Origin: an uncultured Verrucomicrobiae bacterium | GTDB lineage: Bacteria; Verrucomicrobiota; Verrucomicrobiia; Palsa-1439 | NCBI GenBank assembly: GCA_963812605.1 | Contig: CAWEWF010000006.1 | Span: 410,942-474,941 of the forward strand | Length of the DNA stretch: 64,000 nucleotides | Direction of reading: 5' to 3' | Shown: piece by piece, positions 1-11,760 of the stretch | How positions within the stretch are numbered: position 1 is the first letter of the stretch | How the letters are laid out: the number at the start of each line of letters is the position of its first letter | Position numbers and translations under genes: made by a program | Notes under the pieces: generated by a model | Databases searched by the model: none | What the model was told of the DNA's origin: nothing | What the model saw: only the letters and a program-made list of their open reading frames with translations

Positions 1-443
1 GTGGAGGATTCGGCGGCTTCTTCAACCAGGGAAACGTCCCGACCGTTCAGACGCCGACCAGCGACCGGATGAAGAAGAAAGGCGAGGTCATCGCGGTACC
101 GGACCAGCGCACGTCGTCGGTCATTATTAGCGCCGCGGGCGATTTAATGCCCCAGATCGCCGCCATGATCGAGCAGCTCGACGGCAATTCATCCAAGAAA
201 CAAAGCGTCTATGTCATCCCTCTGGAAAACGCGGAAGTTACCGATGTCCTGCCCGTGTTGCAGGATATGTTCAACAAGAATAACAACACGTCCAAGAGCA
301 GTGCTTCGAGCCAGAATGACCAGAATAACGCGCTCAATGCCCGAGCCACCCGGAACAACCAGCAATCGACAACCGCCGCCGGCACAGGGATGCGCACCGG
401 TGGTGTCGGCGGGGGCGGAGCCGCCGGCGGAGGCGGATTCTAA
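1..443 (+). CDS. Secretin N-domain repeat protein (GspD-like), 5'-truncated by window edge
   Basis: VIAVPDQRTSSVIISA...IEQLD...VYVIPLENA matches Secretin_N repeats; ends in a Gly-rich tail. Confidence 0.7.
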   Translation, partial: GGFGGFFNQGNVPTVQTPTSDRMKKKGEVIAVPDQRTSSVIISAAGDLMPQIAAMIEQLDGNSSKKQSVYVIPLENAEVTDVLPVLQDMFNKNNNTSKSSASSQNDQNNALNARATRNNQQSTTAAGTGMRTGGVGGGGAAGGGGF

Positions 444-445
444 CC

Positions 446-1670
446 ATGATCGAATTCTCTGACAAACAGAACACCGCAAGGCGAAATATGATAAACAAGG
501 TTTGGCAGCCAAAAAAAGTTCTCGTCGGGATCGTCAGCTTCTGGATGTGTGCCGTGCTCCAGGTTCGTGCGCAAGGGCAACAGCAGTTGCAGCCGCGACC
601 AGCCGCGGCGTCTTCCTCGACCGCTGGCAGCCGGCCGTATGTTCCCAATGGAACGATCGGTGACGCGGTGATCTCCAGCGACCCGGATACCAAGCAGATC
701 ACAGTCATCGCCGACGAGGAAACCGCTGGGTATATCAAGCAAGTGATCAGCGGGTTGGATCGCCCGAAGCCCCAGGTACTGATCAAAGTTGTTTTCCTGG
801 AAGTGGAATACGACAACGCTTCCGACATTGGCGTTGAGGGCAACATCACCGGCAAGCTCCGGGTCCATGACCGGTACAGCCTCGAATATTTTCGGCCTTC
901 TTTCATCGGGCGCCTCCCCGGTGCCGCCGGGCGCCGGGCTTTATACTGTCCTGGGAAATGATTTTTCGGCCACCCTGCGGTTGATTGCATCGGCGGGGAA
1001 AACGGAAATCCTTTCCCGTCCTTCAATCCTTGCCCGAAATAACCAGCAGGCCACAATCACGCTTGGCCAACAGGTCCCCTTGATCACCAGCACACGGTTT
1101 GATACGCTGGGCAACCAGATCAACTCCGTCACCTACCAGAATGTCGGGATTATCCTGCAAGTGACCCCGTTCATCACGCCGGAGGGATTTGTGGAAATGA
1201 TCGTCTCGCCGCAAACTTCAGAACTTGCTGATCGATCGCAGTGGGTTCCCATCTCGAGTGGACCCAGCGGTTCCATTAGCGCCCCCGTGATTAACACACG
1301 GTCGGCGGACACCGTGGTGGTTGTTCCGGACGGGCAAACATGCATTATTGGTGGGTTGATGGAAAATCAGCGCGTTAGTTCCGACAGCAAGATCCCGATC
1401 CTGGGCGACATTCCCCTCATCGGCAATGCGTTTAAGCGCCAAACAAAAACTTACACCAAAACCGAACTCATCATCTTCCTGACCCCGCACATCGTTGCGA
1501 ACCCTGTGCAACTTGTCGGGTTGTCCGCAAGGGAGAAGGCAAACGCGCAATTGGCCCCCAAGGCATTTACGGAACAGGAACTGGACCGTTTTCTGGACAC
1601 CGTGCCCGTAAAGGGTAAGACCAATAGTATGAATCGGGCTGGCACCCAGCCCACGAAGAGCGCGCAATAA
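446..1670 (+). CDS. Type II/III secretion secretin (GspD-like), frameshift near 855
   Basis: ORFs 446..961 and 789..1670 join: LDRPKPQVLIKV, ILSRPSILARNNQQATITLG, KIPILGDIPLIGNAFK, KTELIIFLTPHI. Confidence 0.85.
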
Positions 1671-3230
1671 ATGGCCGAATCCGAAGCGACTTTTACCTCG
1701 CGCATCCGGCGGCGGACTCCGCTCGTCTACGGTTTTCTGCTGGCGGCCTGGGCCACGATCATCATCTGGCAGGTCCTGGAATACCGTTGGGTCAAGGAGT
1801 CCGCGCGGACAACACTAATCAACCGATCCCGAGACATCGCCGCAACGCTGAGCATCGTCATTCGGTCGCAGCGGCGCTTCGGGGGAATTGTCTCCCAGGA
1901 ACGCCTGGAATCCGCGTTGAATGAACTCGCAAAATCCGGCGAACTCATCTCGGTCGCGCTCTTAAATGCCTCGGGCTACGTGGTGGCCTTCGCGGGCAAA
2001 CCCCTTGATTTCGAAACGACGGATGCGGCCCAGCAGGCGGAACGGTGGAACGACCGGAGCGTCACCCTTGTGAATCTGATCGATTTGGGCGCAAGCGTGA
2101 CGCCAGCCGGCGAAACCAATCGCCCGACAATCATTCTGCCGCGACGGGATGCGACAAATGTCGTTCGCAATGTCGAGAGAGGAATCGAACGCGGCGAGCC
2201 CCGTATGGGCGATCCACCGTTCCAACGCCCTGCCGACAGCGGGATCACCAACAACACGACGACGAACACGGTCGAGCGGGCCGAAGGTCCCAGGGATCGC
2301 GGAGGCCGCCCACGGTTCGGACGACCATTTTGGATGGATGAGAAAGAGTACCAGGAGTTGAGCAAGACGCGCGGGCTCCATCATTTGGTGATCGCCATGT
2401 CCACCGAGTCTTTTCGCACCGCGTCCCTGCGGGATCTCTGGCTGCGGTTTATCATCGGCTTTCTGGCGACGGTCGCCGTCGTCGGTATCGGACTGGCCTG
2501 GCAGAATCTCGTCAAAACCTCCGAATTGCAGGTGTACCTGCTGCGCGCCAGCGAACTGAACTCCCACTTGCGGGAGATGAACGTGGCCGCGGCCGGTCTC
2601 GCCCATGAAACCCGCAATCCACTGAATATCGTTCGCGGCCTGGCGCAAATGATTTCCAAGGAACCCGCCACGCCGGAGGAAATTCGGGATAAATCACTCC
2701 AGATCGCCGATGAGGTGGATCGGGTGACCGCGCAATTGAACGAATTCATCAACTATTCCCGGCCGCGTGAAGTGCGACGGTCGGCGGTCGCCCTGGATTC
2801 GGTGATCCGCGATGTGGTCCGCGCGCTCCAAAGCGACCTCGATGACAAAGATATCGAACTAACGATCGACGACGAGGGCCTTACCGTGGAAGCGGACGCG
2901 CAGTTGCTTCGCCAGGTCATCTTTAATCTGCTGATCAACAGCATCCAGGCCCTCCCGTCGCACGGGGAGATCCAAATCGTTTCCCGAAAAAGCAGCGCCA
3001 CAGAGGCGCAGCTCGATGTTCGGGACAATGGCCCGGGCGTTTCACGCGAGCACCGCAATGAAATCTTCAAGCCATACTTCACCACCCATCCGAAGGGGAC
3101 GGGATTGGGGCTGGCGGTCGTCCAGCAAATTGTTCTCGCGCACGGATGGGAGATTCAATATATCCCCAAGGAACCGAACGGAGCGATTTTTCGTCTCAGT
3201 CGCCTGAAACTCTCTTCGAAGACGGGATGA
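1671..3230 (+). CDS. Membrane sensor histidine kinase
   Basis: Two TM segments, H-box LAHETRNPL, DNGPG and GTGLGL boxes. Confidence 0.92.
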   Translation: MAESEATFTSRIRRRTPLVYGFLLAAWATIIIWQVLEYRWVKESARTTLINRSRDIAATLSIVIRSQRRFGGIVSQERLESALNELAKSGELISVALLNASGYVVAFAGKPLDFETTDAAQQAERWNDRSVTLVNLIDLGASVTPAGETNRPTIILPRRDATNVVRNVERGIERGEPRMGDPPFQRPADSGITNNTTTNTVERAEGPRDRGGRPRFGRPFWMDEKEYQELSKTRGLHHLVIAMSTESFRTASLRDLWLRFIIGFLATVAVVGIGLAWQNLVKTSELQVYLLRASELNSHLREMNVAAAGLAHETRNPLNIVRGLAQMISKEPATPEEIRDKSLQIADEVDRVTAQLNEFINYSRPREVRRSAVALDSVIRDVVRALQSDLDDKDIELTIDDEGLTVEADAQLLRQVIFNLLINSIQALPSHGEIQIVSRKSSATEAQLDVRDNGPGVSREHRNEIFKPYFTTHPKGTGLGLAVVQQIVLAHGWEIQYIPKEPNGAIFRLSRLKLSSKTG

Positions 3231-3242
3231 CAACCGGAGCGC

Positions 3243-4650
3243 ATGCCACAAAACACCAACCACCCATCCTCCAGCGCAGGCCGCATCCTGATCGTCGACG
3301 ACGATGCCGGCCAGCGCAGCCTCCTGAGTTCGTTTTTGAACGGCCAAGGGTTCGAGACCGTGCCAGTCTCCTCGGGCGAAAGTGCGCTCGAAGTCCTGGG
3401 CGAACAGGAATTCGCCATGATGATTACCGATGTGCGGATGCCCGGCATCTCCGGCCTCGAGACGCTGCGACGTTTGCGAAAGGTGCGCCCCGCCCTGCCC
3501 GTCCTGCTCGTCACTGCCTATGCGGACATCCGCGACGCGGTCGTGGCGATGCGTGATGGCGCGGTGAATTACCTGGAAAAGCCGATTGATTTGGATGAAT
3601 TGCTGGCCTCCGTTCGGACCGCCGTCGGCCTTGATGGCGCGGTGGCTCCGACGGTGACGGAAGAACGGCCGTTGCCCAAAGGCGTCGTCGCCAGCAGCCG
3701 GCTCATGCAAGCCGTCTTTCGCGACACGTCGCTGGTCGCTTCCTCCGAAACCCGGATCCTGCTCGACGGGCGAGAGTGGCGTCGGCAAGGAAGTGATCGC
3801 CGAAGTCATCCACGCGTGGAGTCCTCGAGCCGCCGGTCCCTTCGTCAAAGTGAATTGCGCGGCCATTCCGGAAACCCTCCTGGAAAGTGAACTCTTTGGC
3901 CACGAGAAGGGCGCCTTCACGGGCGCGTACACCCAGCGCATCGGGCGTTTCGAGGAAGCGAATCAAGGGACTATTTTCCTCGATGAAATTGTCGAGATGT
4001 CTTCGCCGCTGCAGGCAAAATTGCTGCGCGTCCTCCAGGATGGGCGATTTCAACGGGTGGGCTCCAACAAGGAATTGCATACGGACGCGCGCATTCTCGC
4101 GGCCACCAATCGCGACCTGGAAGAGGTCGTCGCCAATGGGGAATTCCGCGAGGATCTGTACTACCGGCTCAATGTGATGGAGATCCACGTTCCGCCGCTT
4201 CGTGAACGTCCGGAGGACATTTTGCCGCTGGCGACTTTGTTTCTCGGGCAGTTTACCGATCACAAGGCGAAGTTTTCGCCGGGTGTCGCGCGCTTTCTGG
4301 AGGCGTACAAATGGCCCGGCAATGTACGGGAATTGCGCAACGCGATTGAACGGGCGGTATTGATGTCGCACGGCAACCTGATTCTGCCCGAACACTTCCC
4401 CGCCCGTGTCCAGGAAGATTCGACGAAGTCCACGGAAAGACTGACCCTTCAGGCCAGCCGCTTGGAAGACCTCGAACGGGAAGCGATTCTCCTTGCCCTG
4501 CGCGAGCACAGTTTTAACCGCACCGAGACCGCCAAGGCGCTGGGCCTGAGCCGTCGAGCCCTGCTCTACAAGCTCCATCGGCTGCGTGAGCTCGGATTTC
4601 CAGTCGATCCGCCGGCAGCCGGTGCCGCGAAAGATGCACCAGCTACATGA
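3243..4650 (+). CDS. Sigma-54-dependent response regulator (NtrC/AtoC family), frameshift near 3765
   Basis: Receiver (ILIVDDD, DVRMPG) in 3243..3890; AAA+ [23 protein letters not shown] and Fis HTH in 3793..4650. Confidence 0.92.
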
Positions 4651-4841
4651 GTCGTTCCCCCGTTGGGTGCGTTCGCCATCTTCCATAAATTGCTTTCGCG
4701 GTTACCGATGGATCTCATCCGCGCATTTGCCGGTTTCAAAAAACCTGTTGCCCTCCGGGGCATGGCTGTGGCACTAAGAATGGTCAGCGCGTTGCGGAAC
4801 ACACCGTCCGCCAAACGTGACGACGGGCCGAGGTTATCAAT

Positions 4842-6158
4842 ATGGCGACACCAGCATTTCCCGACATTGCGCGAATCGAATACGAAGGCCCGAAGTCGAA
4901 GAATCCGCTCGCCTTCAAGCATTACCATGCGACCGAGAAACTCGACGGCAAAACGCTGCGTGACCATTTGCGCTTCGCGGTCTGTTACTGGCATACGTTT
5001 CGCAACCCATTGAGTGATCCCTTCGGCGTCGGGACAGCGCTTCGCCCGTGGGATGACGGCTCGAACTCCGTCGCGAACGCCCAGCGTCGCGTACGCGCCG
5101 CCTTCGAGTTCATCGAAAAACTCGGGGTGCCGTTCTTTTGTTTTCACGACGGAGATGTGGCGCCCGAAGGCCGCGATCTTCGCGAAACCAACAAGAATCT
5201 GGACGCGGTCGTAAAGGTCCTCAAGGAAGAACAACAGCGCACCGGCATCAAGCTGCTCTGGGGCACGGCCAACTTATTCTCCCATCCGCGCTACGTCCAC
5301 GGCGCTTCTACAAGCTGCAACGCTGACGTGTTCGCATTCGCGGCGGCGCAGGTGAAGAAGGCCCTCGAGGTCACGCACGAACTCGGCGGCGCGGGTTATG
5401 TTTTCTGGGGCGGACGCGAAGGCTATTCGACCCTGCTCAATACCGACCTCAAGCGCGAACAGGAACATCTCGCGAAGTTCCTGCATCTGGCGGTGGACTA
5501 CAAGAAAGTCCTCGGCTTCCGGGGCCAGTTTTTCATTGAGCCGAAGCCGAAAGAGCCGACGAAACACCAGTACGACTCCGACGCGGCGGCCTGCTTGAAC
5601 TTTCTGCGCGAGTTCGACCTGCTCGACCACTTTCAACTCAACATCGAAACCAATCACGCCACGCTGGCCGGTCACACGATGCAGCACGAACTCGCCGTCG
5701 CGGCGGCGGCTAGCCGGCTCGGGTCGATCGATGCCAACCGCGGCGACGAATTGCTCGGGTGGGACACCGACCAATTCCCAACGGACATTTATTTGACAAC
5801 ACAAATCATGCTGGTCGTGCTCGGTATGGGTGGATTCAAGGCTGGCGGATTCAACTTCGACGCAAAAGTCCGCCGGGAAAGTTTTGAGCCGGTGGATTTG
5901 TTTCACGCGCACATCGGTGGCATGGACGCGTTCGCGCGCGGGCTAAAGATCGCCGCGGCAATCCGCAAGGACGGCCGTCTCGCCGCGTTCATAAAGGAGC
6001 GCTATGCCTCGTGGGACCGCGGTATTGGCCGTGACATCGAAAAGGGCAAGCTTGGTCTGAAGGAATTGGAAGCGTATATGCTCAAGAAGGGCGAAGCCGA
6101 CGTGAACACGAGCGGACGACAGGAAATGTTGGAAAATCTCATCAACGAGTTCATATGA
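4842..6158 (+). CDS. xylA: Xylose isomerase (class II)
   Basis: [40 protein letters not shown]. Confidence 0.97.
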   Translation: MATPAFPDIARIEYEGPKSKNPLAFKHYHATEKLDGKTLRDHLRFAVCYWHTFRNPLSDPFGVGTALRPWDDGSNSVANAQRRVRAAFEFIEKLGVPFFCFHDGDVAPEGRDLRETNKNLDAVVKVLKEEQQRTGIKLLWGTANLFSHPRYVHGASTSCNADVFAFAAAQVKKALEVTHELGGAGYVFWGGREGYSTLLNTDLKREQEHLAKFLHLAVDYKKVLGFRGQFFIEPKPKEPTKHQYDSDAAACLNFLREFDLLDHFQLNIETNHATLAGHTMQHELAVAAAASRLGSIDANRGDELLGWDTDQFPTDIYLTTQIMLVVLGMGGFKAGGFNFDAKVRRESFEPVDLFHAHIGGMDAFARGLKIAAAIRKDGRLAAFIKERYASWDRGIGRDIEKGKLGLKELEAYMLKKGEADVNTSGRQEMLENLINEFI

Positions 6159-7668
6159 ATAACCTCGATTCCGTCGAAATCTGGTACGTCACCGGCAGCC
6201 AGCACCTGTACGGCGAAGCAGCGCTAAAACAGGTGGCGACGAATTCGCGGCAGATCGTGACCGCGCTGAACGCTTCAAAACGCCTGCCGCTGAAGATCGT
6301 CTTCAAGCCGGTGCTCACCGGGCCCGACGAGATCCGTCAGCTTTGCCTGGACGCCAATCAATCGCGGAAGTGCGCCGGCTTAATTCTCTGGATGCACACG
6401 TTCTCGCCCGCCAAGATGTGGATCGGCGGCCTCACCGCCTTGAAAAAGCCGTTCCTGCACCTGCACACGCAATTCAATCGCGACCTGCCCTGGGCTGAGA
6501 TCGACATGGATTTCATGAACCTCAACCAGTCCGCCCACGGCGACCGCGAAGCTGGCTTCCTGCACACGCGCTTGCGACTGAATCGCAAAGTCGTCGTCGG
6601 CCATTGGTCCGATCCCGACGTACAGGAGCGAATCGCTACCTGGATGGGCGCGGCGCGAGCGTGGCACGATTGGCAGGGCGCGAAGTTCTGCCGTTTCGGC
6701 GACAATATGCGCCAGGTGGCGTCACCGAAGGCGACAAGGTCGCCGCCGAGGCGAAGTTGGGTTACGCGGTCAATGGCTACGGCGTCGGCGATCTGGTGAA
6801 GTCCATCAATGCCGTCGGCGACAAAGCTGTCGATCATCTCTGCGATGAGTACGAACAACGCTACACCGTAGCGAAGGAACTTCGCAAAGGCGGGACGCGT
6901 CACGAATCGCTCCGCGATGGCGCGCGCATCGAACTCGGCCTGCGCGCCTTCCTGAAAGCAGGTAATTTCAAAGGTTTCACCACCACGTTCGAAGACCTGC
7001 ATGGCTTGAAACAATTGCCCGGCCTCGCCGTCCAGCGCCTGATGGCCGACGGCTATGGATTCGGCGCGGAAGGTGACTGGAAAACCTGCGCGCTGCTTCG
7101 CGCGATGAAAGTCATGGCCGCCGAACTCAAAGGCGGCACGTCGTTCATGGAGGATTACACCTATCACCTCCACCCTGACGGCCCCCTTGTCCTCGGCGCG
7201 CACATGCTCGAAATCTGCGAGTCCATCGCCGCCGGCAAGCCGTCCCTTGAAATTCATCCACTCGGTATCGGCGGCAAGGCAGATCCCGTGCGGCTCGTAT
7301 TCAACGCGCCCGCCGGTCCCGCGATCAATGCCTCCATCATCGATCTTGGCAACCGCTTCCGCCTCATCGTCAACGAAGTGGACGTGATCAAGCCGCCGCA
7401 ACCGCTCCCAAAACTCCCCGTCGCCCGCGCCATCTGGAAATGCCGCCCCGATTTCAAGACCGCCTGCGCCGCGTGGATTCAGGCTGGCGGCGCACACCAC
7501 ACCGGCTTCAGCTACGCCGTTACCACCGAACATATGGAAGACTTCGCCGAAATCGCCGGTCTCGAATTAGCAGTCATTGATCGCGACACGAAGTTGCGCG
7601 CCTTCCAAGAGCAGCTCCGCAACAACGAACTCTACTACCACCTCGCCCCCGGCCTGGCACGACTATGA
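6155..7668 (+). CDS. araA: L-arabinose isomerase, frameshift near 6720
   Basis: [28 protein letters not shown] / [22 protein letters not shown] across two ORFs. Confidence 0.95.
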
Positions 7669-8717
7669 CGATGCTTGCCGCCCGTCTTCACGGTCCGCGC
7701 GATATGCGCGTCGAACGCGTGCCTCACCCCGGCAAACCCGGCCCGGGTGAAGCGTTGATTCGCGTCACCGCGACCGGTATTTGCGGCAGCGATCTGCATA
7801 CCTATCTCGACGGCCGCATCGGCGACACCGTCCTCAAAGCGCCATTGATTCTCGGACATGAGTTCGGCGGTGTTATCGAAGCAGTCGGCAAAGATGTAAA
7901 GAATCTGAAACCCGGGATGCGGGTGGCTGTCGATCCCGCGCAACCCTGCCACCACTGCGACCTCTGCGAGCGTGGTCATCCCCATCTCTGCCGCCGCCTG
8001 CACTTCTGCGGCTTGTACCCCGACGATGGCAGCTTCGCCGAGTTCATTCGTGTGCCTGCCGGAACCTGTTTCCCGGTGCCCAAGACGATCGATGATGCGG
8101 CAGCGGCGCTGCTGGAGCCGCTCGGCGTGGCGCTGCACGCCACCACTCTTGCCAAGATACATGACGGCGACCGCGTGGCTGTTCTTGGGGCCGGTCCCAT
8201 CGGTCTGTTGCTCATTCAAACGGCCAAACTGGCCGGTGCTGGCGAGATTCTTGTAAGCGACCCGCTTGCATGGCGCGTCAAGCTGGCCCGCAAGTTCGGC
8301 GCAAAGCCGTTTGGAGGGACGCGCTCCGTCGCGTCCGTTCCCGCAACACGGCCACGACGGAGCGTGGCCCTCCGGGACTTTGAGGCGGACGTTGTCCTCG
8401 AAGCGGCGTGGGGTGGCGAAGCCATCGAGCGGTCGATTGAGATCGTGCGACCCGGCGGCCGCGTCGTGCTGGTCGGCATCCCGTCCGAGGACCGCTGCGC
8501 CATCAAGCACTCGACGGCCCGCCGAAAAGGTTTGACGGTCCTCTTCAGCCGGCGCATGAAACATACGTACCCGCGCGCGATCCAACTGGTGACCTCCGGT
8601 CGCGTGGATTTGACTTCGCTGGTGACGCATCGGTTTCCGCTGCGCCGCGCCGCCGAGGCGCTGGCGCTGTGTGCGGACTATCAAGACAAGGTCGTGAAGG
8701 CGGTCATCACTTATTAG
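7665..8717 (+). CDS. Zinc-dependent alcohol/polyol dehydrogenase (MDR family)
   Basis: [14 protein letters not shown], four-Cys Zn loop, GAGPIG. Confidence 0.92.
   Translation: MTMLAARLHGPRDMRVERVPHPGKPGPGEALIRVTATGICGSDLHTYLDGRIGDTVLKAPLILGHEFGGVIEAVGKDVKNLKPGMRVAVDPAQPCHHCDLCERGHPHLCRRLHFCGLYPDDGSFAEFIRVPAGTCFPVPKTIDDAAAALLEPLGVALHATTLAKIHDGDRVAVLGAGPIGLLLIQTAKLAGAGEILVSDPLAWRVKLARKFGAKPFGGTRSVASVPATRPRRSVALRDFEADVVLEAAWGGEAIERSIEIVRPGGRVVLVGIPSEDRCAIKHSTARRKGLTVLFSRRMKHTYPRAIQLVTSGRVDLTSLVTHRFPLRRAAEALALCADYQDKVVKAVITY
8313..8373. repeat. Imperfect palindrome (REP-like) inside the dehydrogenase CDS
   Basis: ggagggacgcgctccgtcgcgtccg ... cggccacgacggagcgtggccctcc are near reverse complements. 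Confidence 0.7.
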
Positions 8718-8729
8718 CAGGAAAGATAC

Positions 8730-10391
8730 GTGAGCGCTCATTACAGCATCGGTTTGGACTACGGCACGAACTCCGTTCGCGCCCTCATTGTCAACGTCGC
8801 CAACGGCAAGGAGGTTGGCACGGCAGTCTGGGAATACGCGCACGGGACGCACGGCGTGATTCTTTCCCGCGATCCCAACCTGGCCCGGCAACATCCCGCG
8901 GATTATCTCATCGGGGCAGAGGTTACGATCAAGAAGGCCCTAGCCCAGGCGAAGCGCGCCGTGCGCGGTTTCCAGCCGAAACAGGTCGTCGGCATCGGCG
9001 TCGACACGACCGGCAGCACGCCCCTGCCGGTGAACGCCAATGGTCGAGCGCTGGCATTCGACAAGCGCTTCGCCAAAAACCCCGCGGCGATGGCCTGGCT
9101 CTGGAAAGATCATACCAGCGTGGTCGAAGCGGCGGAGATCACGGAGTTGGCGAAGAAAATTCGTCCGCAGTATCTCGCCAAGTGCGGTGGGACGTATTCC
9201 AGCGAATGGTTCTTCAGCAAAATCCTGCATTGTCTCGACACGGCCCCCGAAGTATTCGAGGCCGCGTACACCTGGGTCGAGATTGCCGACTGGATCCCCG
9301 CAATGCTGACCGGCACGGAAACGCCGGACAAACTTGCCGTTGGCGTCTGCGCGGCGGGCCACAAAGCCATGTATAATGACACCTGGGGCGGCTATCCCGA
9401 CGCCGAGTTCCTCAGTCAACTTCATCCGGCGCTCGGCGAACTCCGTTCGCGACTTCGTCCGCGGGCCCAGGCAATCGATCGCGCGGTTGGCAGACTGACA
9501 GCGGATTGGGCGCGACGCACCGGCTTGCCCGCGGGCATTCCCGTTGCCGTCGGCGCGTTTGATGCGCATCTTGGCGGCGTTGGCTGCGGCATCGCGCCGG
9601 GCACGCTCGTCAAGATCATCGGCACCAGCACGTGCGATATTGTGATTGCCCCGGTCGGTGAACCACTGGCCGACATCCCCGGCCTCTGCGGCATTGTCAA
9701 TGGGAGCGTCTTGCCGGGCTATTACGGGTTGGAAGCGGGCCAGTCGGCGGTGGGTGACATTTTCAACTGGTTCGTCAATTATCTCCGGGTTGGTAGCCAC
9801 GAAGGCCTTACGAAGGACGCTGCCCGGCTGGAACCTGGCGCCAGCGGTTTGCTCGCGCTCGATTGGAACAACGGCAACCGCACGATCCTGGTGGACCAAC
9901 GACTCACGGGTTTGCTGCTGGGCCAAACGTTGTACACGACGCCGGCCGAGATTTATCGAGCGTTGATCGAGGCGACGGCCTTTGGGGCGTTGACGATTAT
10001 CAATCGCTTCGAGGAATACGGCGTAAAGATCGAACAGATCGTCAATTGTGGCGGTATCGCCGAGAAAAACCCGGTCGCGATGCAGATTTACGCGGACGTG
10101 ACCGGTCGCCCGATGAAAATCTCGCGGTCGGCGCAGACCTGTGCGCTCGGCGCGGCGATTGCGGGGGCGGTCGTGGCCGGAGCGCACGCGAATTACGCGG
10201 CAGCCCAGAAGTCGATGACCGGGGTGAAGAGGCAGGTGTTCCTGCCCAATCCTCGGGCGCATGCCGTCTACAAGGAGCTTTACGCGCTCTACCGCAAACT
10301 GCATGATGCCTTCGGCACCAAGGAATGGAATGGCAACCTGCACGATGTGATGAAGCGGTTGCTCGAAATTCGCGCGAAGGCCAGAAACTGA
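8730..10391 (+). CDS. araB: Ribulokinase
   Basis: IGLDYGTNSVRA, WKDHT, GAFDAH, LDWNNGNRT. Confidence 0.95.
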   Translation: MSAHYSIGLDYGTNSVRALIVNVANGKEVGTAVWEYAHGTHGVILSRDPNLARQHPADYLIGAEVTIKKALAQAKRAVRGFQPKQVVGIGVDTTGSTPLPVNANGRALAFDKRFAKNPAAMAWLWKDHTSVVEAAEITELAKKIRPQYLAKCGGTYSSEWFFSKILHCLDTAPEVFEAAYTWVEIADWIPAMLTGTETPDKLAVGVCAAGHKAMYNDTWGGYPDAEFLSQLHPALGELRSRLRPRAQAIDRAVGRLTADWARRTGLPAGIPVAVGAFDAHLGGVGCGIAPGTLVKIIGTSTCDIVIAPVGEPLADIPGLCGIVNGSVLPGYYGLEAGQSAVGDIFNWFVNYLRVGSHEGLTKDAARLEPGASGLLALDWNNGNRTILVDQRLTGLLLGQTLYTTPAEIYRALIEATAFGALTIINRFEEYGVKIEQIVNCGGIAEKNPVAMQIYADVTGRPMKISRSAQTCALGAAIAGAVVAGAHANYAAAQKSMTGVKRQVFLPNPRAHAVYKELYALYRKLHDAFGTKEWNGNLHDVMKRLLEIRAKARN

Positions 10392-10393
10392 TC

Positions 10394-11092
10394 ATGCTCG
10401 AAGAACTGAAACAACAGGTGTGCGAGGCGAACCTGAAACTGGTCGCCACCGGCCTGGTTATCCAGACCTGGGGCAATGCCAGTGGCGTGGATCGCGCCAG
10501 CGGCAACGTCGTGATCAAGCCGTCGGGCGTGTCCTACGATGGGTTGCGACCGGAACACATGGTAGTGGTGTCGCTCGCCACCGGCAAGGTCGTGGAAGGC
10601 GATCTCAAACCAAGCTCCGACACCCCGACACATTTGGTCCTGTATCGCGCGTTCACGGAAATCGGCGGCATCGCGCATACCCACAGCCTCTACGCCACCG
10701 CCTGGGCACAGGCCAGGCACGAGATTCCGGCATTCGGCACGACGCATGCGGATTATTTCGACGGGCCGGTTCCCTGCACCCGCCTGCTCACGGCGAAAGA
10801 AATCAAGAACGACTATGAAGGGAACACAGGACGCGTCATCATTGAGCGGTTCAAAAAGCGCAATCCGCTGCATTTTCCCGGTGCGTTGGTGGCCTGCCAT
10901 GCGCCGTTTGCGTGGGGGGTAACTGTCGAAAATGCGGTGGAGAACGCCATCGTCCTCGAACACCTGGCGTGCCTGGCGTCTGAGACGCTACGCGTGAAAC
11001 CGTCAATCAGGCCAATACCCGACGGGCTGCTCGATAAACATTTTCTCCGCAAACACGGTCCCAGCGCGTATTACGGCCAGAAGATGGAGTAA
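10394..11092 (+). CDS. araD: L-ribulose-5-phosphate 4-epimerase
   Basis: TWGNAS, IKPSGV, PSSDTPTH, HFLRKHG..AYYGQ; start moved to ATG 10394. Confidence 0.95.
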   Translation: MLEELKQQVCEANLKLVATGLVIQTWGNASGVDRASGNVVIKPSGVSYDGLRPEHMVVVSLATGKVVEGDLKPSSDTPTHLVLYRAFTEIGGIAHTHSLYATAWAQARHEIPAFGTTHADYFDGPVPCTRLLTAKEIKNDYEGNTGRVIIERFKKRNPLHFPGALVACHAPFAWGVTVENAVENAIVLEHLACLASETLRVKPSIRPIPDGLLDKHFLRKHGPSAYYGQKME

Positions 11093-11094
11093 CG

Positions 11095-11727
11095 ATGGAA
11101 CGCATTTCAAAGGTACGGGTCGTGCCCGTCGTGGTCATTGACCGCGCAGAAGACGCCGTCCCGCTCGCCGAGGCGCTCCTGGCTGGCGGGCTCAACGTCA
11201 TGGAAATCACCTTCCGCACGCCCGCCGCCGAACCCTCCATCCGCAATGTTCGCGAAGCGTTCCCGAAGATGCTGGTGGGCGCCGGCACAATCCTGGATGT
11301 GGGCCAATTGCTTTATGCCGTTGATGCCGGCGCGCAATTTGGCGTCGCGCCCGGCCTGAACGAAACGGTTGTAACGAAATCCTATGCGTTGAATCTGCCG
11401 TTCGTGCCGGGGGTCATGACGCCGTCTGATGTCGAGCGCGGGTTGGCGCTGGGCTGCAAGCTCCAGAAGTTTTTCCCAGCCGAGGCCGCCGGCGGCGTGA
11501 AGATGCTGAAGGCATTGGCCGGGCCGTATGCGCACACCGGGATAAAATTTATCCCGCTGGGCGGCGTCAATGCCGCCAATGCCCGCGAATATCTTGCGCT
11601 GCCGATTGTCGCGGCCATTGGTGGTTCCTGGATGGTCGAGCGGAAACTGATAGCGGAGAAGAATTGGTCAACCATCCGCGCGTTGACCGCCGAAGTCGTG
11701 CAACTCGCGGCCTCGGTCGGCGTTTAG
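11095..11727 (+). CDS. eda: KDPG/KHG aldolase
   Basis: EITFRT, GAGT, PGVMTPSD, KFFPAEAAGG. Confidence 0.92.
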   Translation: MERISKVRVVPVVVIDRAEDAVPLAEALLAGGLNVMEITFRTPAAEPSIRNVREAFPKMLVGAGTILDVGQLLYAVDAGAQFGVAPGLNETVVTKSYALNLPFVPGVMTPSDVERGLALGCKLQKFFPAEAAGGVKMLKALAGPYAHTGIKFIPLGGVNAANAREYLALPIVAAIGGSWMVERKLIAEKNWSTIRALTAEVVQLAASVGV

Positions 11728-11760
11728 GACGTCACGATCTCAAAACTCGGATGCCGTTTT

